A DNA stretch of 64,000 nucleotides from positions 116,622,001 through 116,686,000 of the forward strand of contig JAGIQG010000002.1 of assembly GCA_024679065.1 (NCBI GenBank). The letters run 5' to 3'. The position numbers were made by a program, and so were the translations under genes. The notes under the pieces were generated by a model. The model was not told the origin of the DNA, searched no databases, and was given only the letters and a program-made list of their open reading frames with translations. Positions 13,275 through 25,309 of this stretch are shown piece by piece (positions within the stretch are counted from its first letter, which is position 1; every line of letters begins with the position of its first letter). The stretch is from Sphyrna mokarran (lineage: Eukaryota).

Positions 13275-13715
13275 TTCCAAGTCAAAAGTCATAGGCTCAA
13301 GTCCCACTCTGAAGATTTGAGAACGTAATCTAAGCTGGCATGGAGGTACTCGTTGATTGAAGGTGCAATATTTCATGAGATATTAAACGAAGAATCAATC
13401 AAGTTGCATGTAAAAGATCCCATGGTATGATTCAAAGAAGGACAAGGCATGTTCTGATGTATTGGTCAGCAGTTATCCCTTAACCAAAGCCACTGAAACA
13501 TATTATTTCCGTATTTTATCTCCTTGTCGTTTGTGGGATTTTACTGTGCAGAAATATTACTTATATTTAATAAGTAAATTAAATATTTACTTATTTAATA
13601 ATAATTAAATAATAATTAATTTAATAATAATATTATTTACTTATATTGTAAGAGTGAATACATTTCAAACTATGCAATGCATTGGGATTTGCTAATAAAA
13701 TCACTCTATAAATGT
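13275..13715 (+). mobile_element. Deu-domain SINE (SacSINE1/AmnSINE-like), old
   Basis: gagatattaaacga, atgtaaaagatcccatgg, ttatcccttaacc and gtttgtgggatttt.ctgtgc are recognisable Deu-core blocks. Confidence 0.7.
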
Positions 13716-13872
13716 ACATTCTTCCACCACATAAGTTTAACAGCAACAATCCCTCCACATCCCAGGATCAGAAGCAGCAAAAAAATGCTTCATGTTCAAC
13801 CTCAGTTAGTACAATTAGAACTGGGTAGAGAGTTTGGCTTAATGAGGGAAAAAGTATGCACAAGCTCAGCTA

Positions 13873-13999
13873 TGATGTAGAGATGCTGGCGTTGGACTGG
13901 GGTAAACTCAGTAAAGTTTTGCAACACCAATTTTAAATCCAACCAATTTTACTATCAAATAAATTGGTTGGATTTAAAATTGGTGTTGCAAGACTTTAC
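13873..13999. mobile_element. Family A Penelope-pLTR-derived foldback mini-element
   Basis: 12-bp TSD caagctcagcta (13861-13872 / 14000-14011); tail 13873-13910; near-perfect 39-bp inverted arms. Confidence 0.85.
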
Positions 14000-14851
14000 C
14001 AAGCTCAGCTAGCCAGAACGAAGATCTTCTGATGTGGATGGTGTGCGACATGGTGTATTGTTTTTTAGTCACAAACATAGGTTTGAAGTTAGGTGAAATA
14101 AACACCTATAAAACTTCATTTTCTACACTCACTTGAAATGATACCAAAATACCAAAAATAATAGATTCACTGCTGCCTGGAAAATAAAACTTAATGATTA
14201 ACTTAATAATCTTGATCATTTGCATTGAGCCTTGTTTCAGTATAACGTACTTTGAATTCACCTACTTAAAGATTGGGGAAGTACATAACATGAGGACACA
14301 ATGTGTATGACTCTGATCACCAGGAGGATTCAATTGCTACATCCCTGTTATTTTGACTGAATTCTTTGATTGTTGCAAGTTGTTTTTTTTATTGGTAGCT
14401 GTCCATTTACTTATTATGTTTTCATATGTTTGTAATAGTGCATTATTGGTTGCTTTTCGTGGCATTTGTTCATTAGTACATTTCTTATCTATTCAATGAT
14501 ATTTTACTGTTCTTTGAAGATGAAATGTGAGCCAGTCAACTACAAGGGGATGTATATAAATGCACACTTGGCACAAGTCATTTCTAATTCTGAGATCTCC
14601 ATGTAATCTGGAGCATGGTTAAATCAACATATGAAGAAGGACAAGAAAGATCCTCTGCTTTGGCCACATAGCACCAGATGCATCCCAAAAGATAGTGTCC
14701 TCACCAACTTATGGAAAAACAATGGGGAAATTTATCTCTGATTTTTTCCAGAAACGCCACTCTTTTCCATAAATCTACTGATTTGCTAGTTTTTCCCTTC
14801 GGTAATGAAACATACACATGGACAGAGTCTGTTCTCTTTGTTATTCTAAAG

Positions 14852-15928
14852 CAGTTATTCCCAACCTTTTATATGTCATGGCACACCTCTATACTATATG
14901 AAAACAAGGGTTTCAGGCGTACTTCCTACTTTTCTCTGTCTTCCTCCCTTACTGGGAACTTTGGTTTTAGCTTTTCTGTGCTCTTGTCTGTTTTTCTGAC
15001 TTCTCACCGAGTCTCTTGTGTCTCCGAGGGTTTTTGTGTCCTTCTTGAGTTTTTCTGGGCGCATGAAGATAAAGGTTTATCTTCAGCTCCAAGTCCCGTT
15101 GATCACGCACATGGGCCTGACCAACATAAAAAAATCTTAGTCACAGTTTCTTCCAGCTGGCGGATCTATGGGAGGCCCAAGATTTGTCAGGTCGTGGAGA
15201 TGTCAATCATAGAGCAGAAGTCAAAGGTTTTATTAGCTTTTATTGGTAGTGGGATTGAATTTCGGAGCCGCAACGTCATGTTGCAACTGTACAAAACTCT
15301 AGTGCGGCCGCACTTGGAGTATTGTGTACAGTTCTGGTCCCCACATTATAAAAAAGATGTGGAGGCATTGGAGAGGGTACAGAGGAGGTTTACCAGGATG
15401 TTGCCTGGTATGGAGGGCAGGTCTTATGAAGAGAGGCTGAGGGATTTGAGGTTGTTTTCGTTAGAAAGGAGGCGGCTAAGAGGGGACCTAATCGAAACAT
15501 ATAAGATGATTAGAGGTTTAGATAGGGTGGACAGTGATAGCCTTTTTCCTAGGATGGAGAAAGCTAGCACGAGGGGACACAGCTTTAAATTAAGGGGTGA
15601 TAGTTATAGGACGGATATCAGAGGTAGGTTCTTTACCCAAAGGGTGGTTCGGGAGTGGAATGCCCTGCCTGCAGCAGTTGTAGATGCGCCAAGTTTGGTG
15701 GCGTTTAAGAGGTTAGTTGATAAGTATATTGGAAGAGAAGGGAATGGTTTAGTTTGGAGGGGCATTGCTTTTTATATTGGTTGGCGCAACATCGAAGGCC
15801 GAAAGGCCTGTTCTGTGCTGTAATGTTCTATGTTCTAAGATTAGATTTAGTTTAATTACATGAATTTTGAATGTATTTTCATAGCACTCTTGGAAGATGT
15901 GCTGTGGCACACTGGTTGGAAACCACTG
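14852..15928. mobile_element. hAT (Charlie-like) MITE interrupted by a CR1-linked insertion
   Basis: TIRs cagttattcccaacc / ggttggaaaccactg; 8-bp TSD ttctaaag / ttctaaaa, resembling the NTCTAGAN preference. Confidence 0.75.
15229..15837 (+). mobile_element. Young CR1/HER1-type LINE 3' fragment
   Basis: [21 protein letters not shown]...RRRLRGDLIE...TRGHSFKL...FFTQRVV; tail taatgttctatgttcta. Confidence 0.95.
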
Positions 15929-17224
15929 TTCTAAAAGCCTCAAATCTAATCCTGTCAAAAGTCTTTGCGTTTCCAAAATAAAATTTTATGACTTTCCCAG
16001 CCTAGCCTGAAAACTATGAACTTTAAACTGTGCAGCAATCAAGTGACTCTCTTCTGAATCTTTTGAACAGTTTCAGTTCCCTGCCAAGAGAGCAAAACAA
16101 AATCATGCACCATATTCTGGAATGCAACTGGCCCCAAAGCCTTGATCAATTAGAAGGTTTTTATATTTATTTGCTAGCTGTGCCACTGCATTCAATTTTG
16201 CAAAACTGGTCATGAATTGTCTGTGACTCGTGACCTATAATCTATTTTTATCAGTATAGATCTCCTTTGACATTTTTCATGTTAAATGGGTGGATTGATT
16301 TCTTTTTTGCATCATTGATTTTGGATTTAAATATAACTAAATATTTTAAATATATATTTTAATTTATGCTTTGGTGATTGAATTGCCCAATTTTTTGTGG
16401 GAAAGTAAGTAGCTTTTATTTTGTGTAAAAGTGGGACTCCCAAGCTGGGAGTCAGTGTAGGGTCTTCAGGGGGTCTGTGGAACTGGTAGCTGTTGCATTT
16501 ACTGGCAAGAGCCTGTTTGAAAAGAACAAGCAGCCAATTTCAAAAAATAACAACAGCAATGAAATAAGCCAGTCAGAGCAAGGTTTCTTCGAGCATTGGA
16601 CAGTCAAGTCTATCAGCATTCAATACGCCAAGAAACTTTTTTCTGGCCCATTTGATGTATTCCATCTCACTGTCGCAGTGCAAAAGAGCCCACAGCTTTT
16701 TGGACAATGATTGGACCTGAAAATTGAGCCCATGGCAAAAAGGAGCAGGCAGAAGCTGCGTGGGAGTGTTTGAGCCTTGGAGCGAGTTTGTGTGAGGAAA
16801 TTACATGGAAGATGAGACATAATATATTAACTATCTTTTATATTCTGTGATATTAACCATGACTAGGAAATCTTCCAGTTGCCCTATAAAACCTTTTAGT
16901 TAATCTACACAAGCTAGCAATTTGTTTCAAAGGTCAATGACATTTGGTGAGAATGACTCCTTAAAATCTAGGGCAAGATTCTCCGGCTTCCCTTCAATGT
17001 GTTTCTCAGTGATGAGAAGCAGCCCACCATTGGCCAACAATGGGATCTTTTGATCCCCCCTCTGTCTATAGGATTTCCCTTTGGTTCCACTCCATGCTGT
17101 TGGGAAAGCTGTGATAGGAGTGCATCCCAGTGATGTGAACAGCTGCAAGATATATCCTCTAATCCAGCATACTTCAGCACCGGCTTAAGACATAGAAATC
17201 AAGCTTGCTGTCATACACCTCATA

Positions 17225-19523
17225 TGCAGTGCTGATGATGACTGGGAACGCTTCAGGGATGCTGTCCATACATCTGCATTGAAGATGCTCGGACCCTGTA
17301 CCCACAAGCAGTGTGACTGGTTCGATGAGAAGGATGAGGAGATACAGGCTCTACTTGTTGAAAAGCACCATCTTCATTGGGCCTGTCAGAATGACCCATC
17401 ATCAGCTGCCAAGAAAAATGCTTTTGCCGGTGCTCACAGAACAGTACAGAACAAATTGCGTAAAAAGCAGGATGCCTGGCTAAGCGCCAAGGCAAATGAA
17501 ATATAGGGATACGCTGACAGAAATGACTTAAAACAGTTCTGTGAAGTCCTTAACACTCTCTATGGATCTTAATCTCTCGGGAGATCCCTCCTGCTCAGTA
17601 CAGATGGTACAGAGAGGGCTCAGATCCTGCAGAGATGGGCTGATGACTTTGAAGCTGTCCTCAACCAACCGTCATCGTGAGTGATGAGGCAATAGACAAG
17701 ATTTCCCAGGTTGATATCAACAGCGTCATGGATGACTCACTGGTAGTAGCCAAAGTCACAAAAGCTGTCAGCTAGCTATCCAATGGCAAAGCCACAAGGA
17801 CACATCCCATACCCGTAGAGATTTGCAAAGCTGCTGGTCCTATATTTATCGAGAAGTTCACCCAGTTGTTCCAGTCCTTTTGGAAGCAAGGATCCATTCC
17901 TCAGGAACTTAAAGATGCTTCCATCGTACACCACTACAAGAGGAAGGGCAAAGGGCAAGTATGCAACAGCCACCAAGGAATCTCGCTGCTCTCCATCACA
18001 GGAAAAACCCTCAGAAGAGTCCTGCTAAATTGTCTGATCATTCATCTGGAACTGAGCCTGCTGCCAGAGTCATAGTGTGACTTCCGCAAAGGTTGCGGGA
18101 CTATTGACGTGATTTTTGCTGCGCACCAACTTCAGGAGAAGTGTCATGAGCAGAATTGCGAGCTCCACACAGCCTTTGTTGACCTTGCGAAAGCCTTCAA
18201 AACTGTAAGCTGTCAAGGTCTGTGGAGGATCATGTCAAAGTTCAGTCGCCTTCCCAAATTCATTCAGATGGTACACCACTTCCATGATGGCATGATGCCC
18301 AGGGCATTGGATGGCAGAGAATCTTCTGCGACATTCCCAGTCACCAATGGCATCAAACAGGGCTTTGTGCTTGCACCCACACTGTTCAGCATGATGTTTA
18401 CTACCATGCTGAATGATCCCTTCCAGGACAGTGTTGCTGGAATCAGCCTCAAGTACAGAGTGGATGGGAAGGTCTTCAACCTTGGAGACTTCAAGCTATT
18501 ACCAAAGTGAAGGAGACTGTTCTGAGATACTTCCTGTTTGAAAGCGCCCTGCGCCCTGTATGCTGGCTCAGAGTCAGAGATACAAGTCAGAATAGACAAG
18601 TTTTCTGCGGTTTGTGACAACTTTGGACTCACCATCAACATTAAAAAGACCAAAGTCATACATCAGCCTGTTCCTCATGCACCGTACACAGAACCCATAA
18701 TCACAATCAAAGGACAGAAGCTATAGGCAGTGGACCAGTTCACTTGGCAGCACGCTCTCCCAAGCAGTGACTATTGATACAGAAGTTAGCTGCAGAATAG
18801 CAAAGGCAAGTTCTGCTTTCGGTAGACTGCGTTCCACTGTATGGGAACATTGAGGAATCAGCCCAGCAACAAAACTGAAGGTCTACAGTGCTGTGGTACT
18901 CTCTATCCTCCTGTATGTCTGTGAAATGTGGACTGTGTATCGAAGGCATGCAAGACAGCTCAATCATTTCCACGTGACTTGTCTTCGCAGAATATTATGC
19001 ATCAGATGGCAAAACAAAGTACCAGACACTGAAGTCCTCTCTAGTGAAAGTCTACCATCAGTCCACACACTGCTGATAAGAGTACAGACCCAGTGGGTAG
19101 GTCATGTCATCTGTTTGTCAGATGAGTGCATACCCAAGCACCTCCTTTTTGGAGAACTCTGTGTTGAAAGACGCTCACATGGAGGGCAGAAGAAACATTT
19201 CAGAGATACACTCAAGGCTTCTCTGTAGTCGCTGGACATAGATACAACCACCTGGGAAACCACCCTACCTAGCGCTGCCTCATTCACAAAGGCTGTCCAG
19301 CTTATAAAGTAAGGAGTACTGTTGAAGCACAACATAAACGTGAGCTGCTCAAGTCCAGAGCTATTAGTGCAACAACTACAATGCCTACACAAGTCTGTCC
19401 AATATGTGCCAGGACGTTCCATGCCTGAATTGGCCTGATCAGTCATTCTTTGGACAGGTCGCAACCACCGTCAAAATGACGAATGGTGTCAAGGTCCTCA
19501 TGGATGACGATGGACAAACAACA
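17225..19523 (+). mobile_element. RTE-clade LINE, 5'-truncated, degenerate
   Basis: RT motifs MIFAAHQLQEKC, AFVDLAKAF, GIKQGFVLAPTLFS, FGLTINIKKTKV; C-terminal LRRILCIRWQNKVPDTEVL, GGQKKHFRDTLKASL and a CPxCxRxF zinc-finger remnant. Confidence 0.9.
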
Positions 19524-20245
19524 TGTATTTGTAGAAGTTCTTCGGATTTTCCTACGCCTTATCTACCAAACAATCTTGTGTTCCTTTTTTGGCCTCCTGA
19601 TTTCTCTCTCGACTCTACTCCTACATCCCCTATACTCTTCAAGGGATTCACTTGATCCCAGCTGCCTATGCATGTCATTTGTCTCTTTTTTTCTTCTTGA
19701 CCAGGGCCTCAATAATCCAAGTCATCCAGGGTTCCCTACTTTTGCCTAAGAGAAATGTACTCATCTTGAACCCTGGTTAACACACTTTTGAAATCTCCCA
19801 CTTGCCCAGATGTCCCTTTGCCTTCCCAGAGACTCCCCCAATTCAACTTTTGAAAGTTCCTGCCTGGTACCATCAAAATTGGCCTTGCGCCAATTTAGAA
19901 TTTTAACTTTTGGAACAGACCTATCATTCTCCACAGCTATCTTAAAACAAACAGAATTATGGTCATTGGTCCCAAAGTGATGCCTCACTAACACTTCTGA
20001 CACCTGCTGTTCCCTATTTTCCAAGAGTAGGTCAAGTTTTGCCCCCTCTTTAGTCAGGCCATCCACATACTGAATGAAAAATTCCTTCTGAATACACTGA
20101 ACAAATTTCTCTCCGTCTAACTCTCTAATACTATGGCTGTCCCAATCAATGTTGGGTAAGTTAAAATCCCCTACTATTGTCACCCTATTTTTCTTGGAGC
20201 TATCTGTCATCTCTTTACATATTTGCTCCTTAATTTCTCGCCAAT
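19524..20245 (-). mobile_element. CR1 LINE endonuclease-region fragment
   Basis: IVGDFNLPNIDW...LDLLL...HFGTNDHNSV (AP endonuclease motifs). Confidence 0.9.
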
Positions 20246-20262
20246 TATTTGGGGATTTGTTT

Positions 20263-20427
20263 GGTGCTCCGGTTTCCCCTCACATTCCAATAATGTGCAA
20301 GTTAGGTTAATTTGCCATGTTAAATTTCCTCTTAGTGTCAGGGGAATAGTGAGGGTAGGTGGTATTGTCGGTGCAGGCTCGATGGAACCAAATGGCCTTT
20401 TTCTCTACTATAGGAATTCCGTGATTG
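20263..20427 (+). mobile_element. HE1-type SINE 3' half
   Basis: ggtgctccggtttcc...ggtgcaggctcgatgga...ggaattccgtgatt. Confidence 0.75.
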
Positions 20428-21678
20428 ATATAAAAGGAAATACACGTCACCAAAACTGAAAGTAATCACAGCCTGATGTTGGACAGACACGGGTGCTGTG
20501 TGGGAATGGCTGGGCAGAGCCAGCACAGATGGATGATTGAAAGAGAAGCCTAGCAGACAGCATTGGAAAAGCTCAGGACAGTCAGTAAGTGTGATGGTTG
20601 GAGGGAGGATCAGCGTGCAAGGTGTTATGCTGCAAAAGGCTCATCACAGACACTTGTCCCTCCAGAATCACTTGTAGTGAAGTATTGTGCAGCTGAACTG
20701 TGGGTATTGGGGTGGGGAGGGCTCTCAAACCTGATATAATAATGTTGCAAGATAATAAACATTATTTAGTGAATATCTTATAAATACAGTGACAGTGTTC
20801 ACCGGTGCTCAGAATTTCTTTATTTTTCCCGGACTGTTACTTCCTCTCAGTGCTGCCGGGCCAATGTGGTGTCTTGGTGTCACTGTTGCAGGAACTCATC
20901 CATGGTGATGGAGTACAGGTCAGTGAGCATCTCTAGAAGTATCTGGGTGTTCTGCTGGACCTGGGTCTCCTTGGATTCCACTACCCTCCCTATGGAGATT
21001 TCAATACATGCACATATAAGCACCACTTCACAGAGAAGGCAGATGGACTCCTCCAACTTGTATGCCACTTCATTAATGACATTCAACAGCATTCCCTGTT
21101 CCCCCAACTCTTGCTTACTCTCCACCATGAGTTGGAAGGCAGATTCCAGAGATTCTTTCTTGGACTCAGAGGTTACAAGTATCTCTTCCCCAGTTATCCT
21201 CTGAGAGGCAGAGAGCTTGGCTCAATTTGCCTCATATTGCTACAGACATGTCCGTGTAGTGTCCACCACAATGTGAGACTGTTCCTGAACTAGCACTAAG
21301 TCCCACCGAGCTGTGTAACCCTGAGCAGGTGGAGGGTGCAGGTAAACACTGTGACATCTCAAACAGTGTGGAATTCTCCACTTCCACTCCCACCTCGTAC
21401 TTTAAGGACTGTGGCCATGGCTGGGGCTGAAGAAACCGTCCGCCTCTTCTTCCTCCTCAGGCCATGGTCTTTTCCTGGAGGCGTCTGCATAATAAAGAGT
21501 GCAAATGACAGCATCAACTATCTCCAAGATGGAGGCACATTCAATCTTCATTCAACCTCCGTGGAGGAATCCTTACTCAGTGAACGACCAGAACCAAGCT
21601 CTCCATCACTGACATCCCTATACCATATGATTCCCACAAACTCTGACGCCTTTTCTTCAAACTCAATTAGAACCCACA

Positions 21679-23094
21679 GGGTGCCACTTTACCAAAAATT
21701 CACGACCATTTTCGCGGTAAGTTCAGGCGTTGGGCCTCTAATGCGATCTGCACATGAATCCGAGCAGATTGCGGCTTTACCAACACTCGATTTGGGCGCT
21801 GATCCGTTCTGCAGCCGAATTGGGCGGCCCGACAATTTAAATGTGTTACCGTTCATGAACCGCACGCCTAACTCTCCCACCAAATCCCATTTTACCGTCT
21901 TCTGGTCTGTTCAAAGCAGATTCAGAGCCTGCAGTGGCTCTCTGATACAGATCATCCTCGGGATGGGGTGCAGGACAGATGTATTTCGGAGGGGATTGGG
22001 GAGGAGGGAAGTGAGGTCAGATCTTTCTCTGGTTTGGGGGGGGTGGGTGTGGAGAGGAGGCAAGTCAAATGTATCTCTGGCGGAGGGGAGGGCTGATTGT
22101 TATCTGGTGGGGGGGATCAGATGCTCCTCTGGAGGGGAGGAGGAATGAGGCCAAACCATTCTGTGGGAGGGTGGGGTGGGGCGGGGGGGGGGTGAGGCCA
22201 GCTTTTTATTGGGAAAGTGAGTCAGATCACTGTGTGGGGGAGAGAGTGAGGCCAGACCATCCTCTGGGAGGAGAGTGAGCCAGTAAGTCATCTGGGAGTT
22301 GGGAGAAGGGAGGGGGGCACAGGGAGGTCCGCTGCCACTCTGTGGGCACTTGGTAGGGTGGAGGGGGTCAGCGGTGGCTGTCAGACTGGGTGGGGGTGGG
22401 GAGGGGGTGGACCTGTCAGGGAGAGAGAGCAACAAGGGACCAACCACAGAAGAGGAATATATATCGGAGCTTGCACTTGGACTGAAAGAACCAAACAGTG
22501 GAGATTTGAAATGCTGTTGGAAGATTCGCCCAGCTTGCACTCATGGGCAGATCTCCAGAGAAAACCCTCACCATGAAACACAGTTCTGGGCTAGAAAAAA
22601 AAGAATAGGAGTAGATTCTTGAGAGCTAAAAATCACCTCCCCTCTCCCCTCCCCCCTCCCCCCTCCCGTCCTGATTACCCAGACTGACCGCCACCCCTGG
22701 CCCCCTCCTTCTCCCCCCCCGATGCAGCGGACCCGCCCTGACCCCCCATCCAACAGAGAGATCCTCTGCACTCCACCAACCTCCCCAACACCCCCTCCCC
22801 ACACTCCACCCACCCCCCCCCACTCCAAATGTACTCTGGCTCCTGTTCGCTCCCGAGCCACTTTCTCTGTTTTTTTGCTGCTCGGGGGCAATCCAACTTG
22901 GGCGCATTTTTTTTCTAACTGTGCATGCACAGTTCAGAGCTCCGATCGTTCCGGCATCGCTAAGGTCCACCCACAGCGCGGATCAGACTGGAGCCAGCAA
23001 AAAGTGTGTACGCGCGCTGCTAAGAGGCTTCCAGGCTGAGATGTGTATTATGCCTGGATCTGGCCCTTAGATTCCAAATGGTAAAATCAGTCCC
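21679..23094. mobile_element. Non-autonomous TIR element (GGG...TTTACC termini) with G-rich and C-rich halves
   Basis: Termini gggtgccactttacca / tggtaaaatcagtccc; CpG-rich ends; splits the Myb/SANT exon of the host element. Confidence 0.55.
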
Positions 23095-23249
23095 ATGGTA
23101 TTTGTTTATGTCCTCCAGTTTTCTCCCATCCAGCTCCCTTTGTCAGAGAAGAGAACACTTGAAAGGAGCTGCAAGTTACATCAGCTGGAACACTGCATTT
23201 TACAACATTTCTCCTGCTCACCCCATCTCGCTTTATAAGACAGCCCACT

Positions 23250-23621
23250 TAGAACATAGAACATTACAGCGCAGAATAGGCCCTTCGGCCTTCGATGTTG
23301 CGCCGACCAATTAAGAAAAAGCAATGACCCTCAAACCTAAACCATTCCCTTTTCATCCATAAACTTATCTACTGACCTCTTAAACACCCCCAAACTTGGT
23401 GCATCTACAACTGCAGCAGGCAGGGCATTCCATACCCTTATGGGTAAAGAACCTACCTCTGACATCCGTCCTATAACTACCACCCTTTAATTTAAAGCTA
23501 TGTCCCCTTGTGCTAGCTTTCTCCACCCTAGGAAAAAGGCTATCACTGTCCACCCTATCTCAACCTCTAATCATCTTACATGTTTCAATAAGGTCTCCTC
23601 TTAGCCGCCTTCTTTCTAACG
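23250..23621 (-). mobile_element. Young CR1/HER1 3' fragment
   Basis: Starts with tagaacatagaacatta (reverse tail); reverse complement of the subfamily at 15229. Confidence 0.9.
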
Positions 23622-25309
23622 ACACTTCTACTTGACAAGTCACTGGTGTGAATTGAACAGAGCTTCTGGAGCAGCTCCCTTCACATCGCACATCCGCACG
23701 CAGGAGGAATGTTCATAATGCATGTGGAGGCTGCTCGCTCCCTCAGCACTGATGCCAAGCCCCACCCCTTCCACCAACCCCCATGCAGTGCTCCATGCCT
23801 GTTGAAGGGTGAAGGAGTCTATGGTCACCCCACCTCACTGGGTGCATTGAAGTGAGGCAAGACATACTGTTGCCAATGGGCCTTGGACTCTGACATGTTG
23901 GGAGTCTTGGTGGATTGAGTGACCAATGATGAGATTTACCTTGGCAGAATGAACAAGGTCATTCATCCGTGTGTGACACTGGGCTGCTCACATCCTGTGC
24001 ACCCCTGAAGGACTGGCTTCATCAGCCACCCGCCCCACTTTGATTTCTCGGTTGGTCTGTCAGGTCTTCCTGACCTCGACATGGTTGAGGAGCACCCACA
24101 GAGGGCAGCGTTAAACTTAGATGCTTCATAACTTCTGCCCTTAGTGATATCTATGCTTCAGTTGGTGCTGACAGTAAGGATTTCAGGTGCCTTTTAAACA
24201 TACTGCCCTGATATGATGGCAGGATGTGTGTCATTAGGTGTGCCTCATCACAGAATATAGTGCAAAATACCCAGATGTGTAAGTTATGAGGTTGAGGATG
24301 GATGATCTGATGTGGATTGCTGTAAACCTCTGCAATCTCTTCCTTTGATTTTATTCCCCTGTGGAGTTGACTTTTGGCAGTGTGTATCAATTTCCCTATC
24401 TCTCCACTTTGAAGTTACTACTTGTTTTCTTTAGTCGTTTCTGTAAAATAGTTGGTTTCTACTAATAAGCTTAATGCACATCATTTCTCCAGCCATCTGC
24501 CTCTAATCAACTCTCTACTTTATTTTGTTTTTTATTCTTAATTTTCTCCAATTCTTAACATGATGTACAATATTCATTCGTAAATGAATAAATTCATTTA
24601 TCTAAGAGCAAAAAATTAATGTTAGAAAATGTCGGTAATATACCGAGTTGCATCAGCAATCAAAAGGCGGGCATTTTGTGAATATCTACAAAGTAAAATG
24701 GATAAGTTAGATTTCAAGGATGCTGAAGAATGTCACATTATTTCATAGCAACTGAGCAGTGGCTGGAATGATGAATGTTTCAATTTATTTAAAATTGTGC
24801 AGAAAGATTCTAACAGGAAAGCAATTTGTACATGAGATTCAGGTTTTAAAATGATTTTTTTTGACAGTGGCATTTCTTGAACTTATGGACATTGATAAAA
24901 TAGTGCTAAAATGGAAATTCTCAGCTTTTTTCATGCTATCATTCTGTGTCACAACAAATTATTATATTTATGCACAAGTGACGTGTACAGAAGGATGCAT
25001 TGCAAGTGATACAGAGATATAGGGAGGATGGGAATAAACCTGATCCAGACACTTTTGGATAGAACTGGAACAATGTAAATTGTAGATGGAGGCTCTATGG
25101 AAAAAAAAAACTTTTGTAGCAAAGGGTTTCCTCTAATGGGAGTTCTGGCTTATGGTGTTCATATAAATTTAGCAGCTTTACATATAGTGTAAATTAAAAT
25201 TAGTAACCAGCCAAATTGGATAATCATTAAGAAAACATTTCTTGTTTCCTTCATATTAATAACCAAAAGACAACCTTGTCTTTGTTCAATGATATTAAAT
25301 CATTTACGC

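Larger units (their letters stand above)
20460..24394 (-). mobile_element. Degenerate PIF/Harbinger element: spliced Myb/SANT-like gene remnant
   Basis: - strand 24125-23941 reads, across frameshifts, ASKFN..VLLNHVEVRK..VADEAS..AAQCHTRMNDLVHSAK|gt (Myb/SANT-like). KTGG near 23110; VLIEFEEKASEFVG...DGELG at 21675-21590; coiled-coil-like exon near 20880-21130. Confidence 0.65.

Noticed and set aside
13553-13647. AT-only quasi-palindrome as a replication origin or regulatory element
   Set aside because: Low-complexity expansion within a SINE tail; no supporting evidence.
14711-15823. 370-aa ORF as a real host gene
   Set aside because: It is a composite of host DNA, MITE, unknown insert and CR1 ORF2 C-terminus; kept only as a curiosity.
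21336-22148. 270-aa + strand ORF
   Set aside because: Antisense to the Harbinger Myb remnant and running into a GC-rich TIR element; no recognisable domain.
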